The position numbers were made by a program, and so were the translations under genes. From assembly GCA_964016885.1 (NCBI GenBank), contig OZ024753.1, forward strand, positions 40,982,001 to 41,046,000: a DNA stretch of 64,000 nucleotides. The letters run 5' to 3'. Shown here in pieces: positions 60,725 to 64,000 of this stretch. The stretch's first letter is position 1. Every line of letters begins with the position of its first letter. The DNA comes from Eledone cirrhosa (taxonomy: Eukaryota). The notes under the pieces are model-generated. The model did no database searches. It worked only from the letters and a program-made list of their open reading frames with translations, and was not told the origin of the DNA.

Positions 60725-60808
60725 GAAAGCGTGTGGCTTAGTGGTTAGAGAGTTTGGTTCACGATCTTAAGGCTGGGTGTTCGATTCCCGATGGCGCATT
60801 GCGTTGTC
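60725..60808 (+). mobile_element. SINE S2 tRNA-like head
   Basis: gtggcttagtggttag (A box) and gttcgattccc (B box); no intact cloverleaf or acceptor stem. Confidence 0.6.
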
Positions 60809-60810
60809 AA

Positions 60811-60908
60811 GGCAGTTTCAGGCAGTTTCAGCCAGTTTCAGGCAGTTTCAGCCAGTTTCAGGCAGTTTCAGCCAGTTTCAGCCAGTTTCAGCCAGTTTCA
60901 GCCAGTTT
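60811..60908. repeat. 10-bp tandem repeat (g[g/c]cagtttca) x10
   Basis: Direct reading. Confidence 0.95.
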
Positions 60909-61009
60909 GGTTTTATCTTCTTTGACAAATGTTTTCAAATTACTTTCTTATATTGCTTACATTGTTTATTAAGCCTTCATTTATGGTTGATAAATATGGA
61001 AATACACTC

Positions 61010-61700
61010 TTGACAGGTGCAATGTATCCGAACACGGAAGAGCCGAACACCCACTGTTATCGCCCCCATCTCTCTCGCCCTCTATATCTCTCTGTATAGT
61101 GAGCAAATGGGGTCCTACGTGCTGGCCGCCCCCACAGCTTCGACGGACAGAATGGAGATGGCGTTTCCCCAGGAGATGGTAAAGGAGATGCTCTGGAAGA
61201 GCCATTCCATATGCGGCTGGCCAGCTCAGCGCCTATGGTGGTGAGTAGGGAGGTAGCCCTAGGGCCAAGGACACCAGAAGTCTCTACTGTTACGGATAGC
61301 CAGCACAGCGACTATGGTGGTGAGTAGGGAGGTAGCCCTACAGCCAAGGACACCAGAAGTCTCCACTGCTGGAGGTAGCCCTAGGGCCAAGGACACCAGA
61401 AGTCTCTACTGTTACGGATAGCCAGCACAGCGACTATGGTGGTGAGTAGGGTGGTAGCACTAGGGCCAAGGACACCAGAAGTCTCCACTGCTGGAGGTAG
61501 CCCTAGGGCCAAGGACACCAGAAGTCTCTACTGTTACGGATAGCCAGCACAGCGACTATGGTGGTGAGTAGGGAGGTAGCCCTACAGCCAAGGACACCAG
61601 AAGTCTTCACCGCCAAGGACACGGCTGCAAACCTGTCGGAGAGCGATCCGTACTTGGAGAGTTTTCCCTCCTCAGCCCGAAGTGCCACAGAACCTGGGTT
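61010..61700 (-). mobile_element. CRE-like RLE non-LTR retrotransposon 3' fragment with an internal tandem amplification
   Basis: Minus strand PGSVALRAEEGKLSKYGSLSDRFAAVSLAVKTSGVLG.RATSLLTTIGAELA ... EWLFQSISFTISWGNAISIL fits the CRE-type AE..K..KY / ETxG / FQRLS..IQRGNA tail. 122-bp (79+43) repeats at 61235-61620. Confidence 0.7.
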
Positions 61701-61969
61701 AGTATAAAGCACCAATTGTACAAACGAAAAACTCGCTGGATCTCCCTCAAATGATATATTACAGAATGAAATCCTAAATACCATTAAAATAACATAATGG
61801 CCAGGACCAGAACCCCTTGAATCAGAAGGACTAAAGGTAACATGGATGTCAACAAGATTTGAACTTAGAACGTAAAGCACGGGAGGTAAATCCCACGAAG
61901 TATTTTATCTGAGGAAATAAATGATTCAGCCTCTCCACCTAGTTTTGGTAACAAATGATATTGTTAGAA

Positions 61970-62155
61970 ATAATTGTTTCTACTTTTGGCACAAGGCCAG
62001 CAATCACCCAGTGCATCACTGGTACTTTATTTTATCGACCCCGTAAGGATGAAAGGCAAAGTTAACCTCGGCGGGATTTGAACTCAGAATGGCAAGGGCC
62101 GTAACTCCATACGTCAAAGCATGGCGTCCGACCCTCTACCTATACTGCCAATCCA
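61970..62155 (-). mobile_element. Near-full SINE S1
   Basis: Reverse complement of consensus. Confidence 0.9.
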
Positions 62156-62233
62156 ATGACTCGAGATTAGCTGCGGTCATAATAGGCGATGTTGGCAGTA
62201 GATGTGAGTATTTTGGGTTCTGAGTATCTTTAC

Positions 62234-62310
<77 letters not shown>

Positions 62311-62418
62311 TGTGTGTGTTTGTGTGTTTGTGTATGTGTATGTGTGTATGTAGATGCCTGTCCTGTATGGGCAAACGCACGCACATTCAAACACAAACAC
62401 GTGTGTGTGTGTATACAT

Positions 62419-62454
<36 letters not shown>

Positions 62455-62472
62455 GTATACATATATGTCTAA

Positions 62473-62517
<45 letters not shown>

Positions 62518-62610
62518 CATTTAGACATATATATATACATATATATATATAGATATATACATATATATACATATATATATATAGACATATAGACATATAA
62601 GTATATACAA

Positions 62611-62702
<92 letters not shown>

Positions 62703-62850
62703 GCACACACATATATAAATATGTATATATACACACATATATACATACATATATACACATATATACATATATATATGTACAGACCGACACACACAGACAC
62801 ACTAACACGCACACACGCACACACGCACATACATGCATATATATATATAT

Positions 62851-62897
<47 letters not shown>

Positions 62898-63185
62898 AGT
62901 GACATCAGTAAGATATTTTGGGAAACATCAGAAATGTCAATACGTTGCAATTACGAAGTCAAGTCAAAAATTGGAGCGGAGTTACGATGTTAGACACGAA
63001 CAAACACAAAACGAAAAACGAAATACGTAAAATATATAATAGACTAAAATACTAGGAACAATTATTTGCCTTTTTCCTCCCCACCAAAAGGTCAACACTA
63101 ACAACAAAATAATGGGATTAAATCTAATTGTGTTTTGCTACATATATGTAAGTATGTATGTATCTGTGTATGTATATATGTATGG

Positions 63186-63270
<85 letters not shown>

Positions 63271-63293
63271 TATGTGTGTGTGTGTAGATATAG

Positions 63294-63369
<76 letters not shown>

Positions 63370-63420
63370 CTGTCTCTCTCTCAATCTCTTTCGTTATACC
63401 TATATACGTATGTATGTGTA

Positions 63421-63538
<118 letters not shown>

Positions 63539-63547
63539 GAAATGTAC

Positions 63548-63583
<36 letters not shown>

Positions 63584-63798
63584 AGTCATTGTGAGGGAAT
63601 TATGTCACGAAATCACAACTATAGGTGTGTATGTGCGCACGTATACGTATATGTATATGTATATGGATATATATAGCAAGAATTACATTGAAACACAAAA
63701 GAATAATTTAAAGGACATGACCTCAATAAGTTCAATGTCGAATCGTGTGAAAGTTTTTGATTTACAGATGTTCTTACGACATTATATATATATATAAG

Positions 63799-63990
63799 GG
63801 GTGGTAGATTGGCAGAATCGGTAGAGCGTCAGACACCATGCTTTCTAGCATAGTTACGTCCCTTTACAGTCTGAGTTCAAATCCCGCCAAGGTTAACTTT
63901 GCCTTTCATCCTTACGGGGTTGATAAAATAAAGTACCAGTAATGTACTGGGTAATTGCTGGCCTTGTGCCTAAAGTAGAAACAATTATAT
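63799..63990 (+). mobile_element. Full-length SINE S1
   Basis: Head, B-box, core and tail as in 27139-27335; inserted in (TA)n. Confidence 0.9.
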
Positions 63991-64000
63991 ATATATATAA

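Noticed and set aside
60725-60800. tRNA gene
   Set aside because: A and B boxes are present but there is no paired acceptor stem, and it continues into SINE-type sequence.

Overview
AT-rich, microsatellite-saturated animal genomic DNA, with long (TA)n, (CA)n, (GA)n, (GATA)n, (TACA)n, (GGT)n, (AGT)n and (GAT)n tracts. The SINE and repeat complement resembles coleoid cephalopod (Octopus-like) genomes; this is recognition from memory, not a database result. No host protein-coding exon can be supported, and nearly all listed ORFs are translations of simple repeats. The recognisable coding sequences are decayed transposon fragments: a Mutator-like (MULE) DDE transposase, R4/Dong-like and CRE-like restriction-like endonuclease tails, an RTE tail and a Tx1/L1-like tail. 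There are about 14 copies or fragments of a tRNA-derived SINE and several minisatellites. The most interesting signal is a set of at least six sequence-unrelated short element families (100-390 bp) embedded in (TA)n tracts. Most carry hammerhead-ribozyme-like cores (CTGANGA-stem-GAAA, with compensatory changes in stem II of one family) and share a TTGAGT(A/G)C-like motif near the 3' end. They show copy-specific fold-back inversions that start at a fixed site upstream of a 3' tail. This architecture matches Penelope-like-element pLTRs or retrozyme-like non-autonomous elements, here with non-canonical cores.
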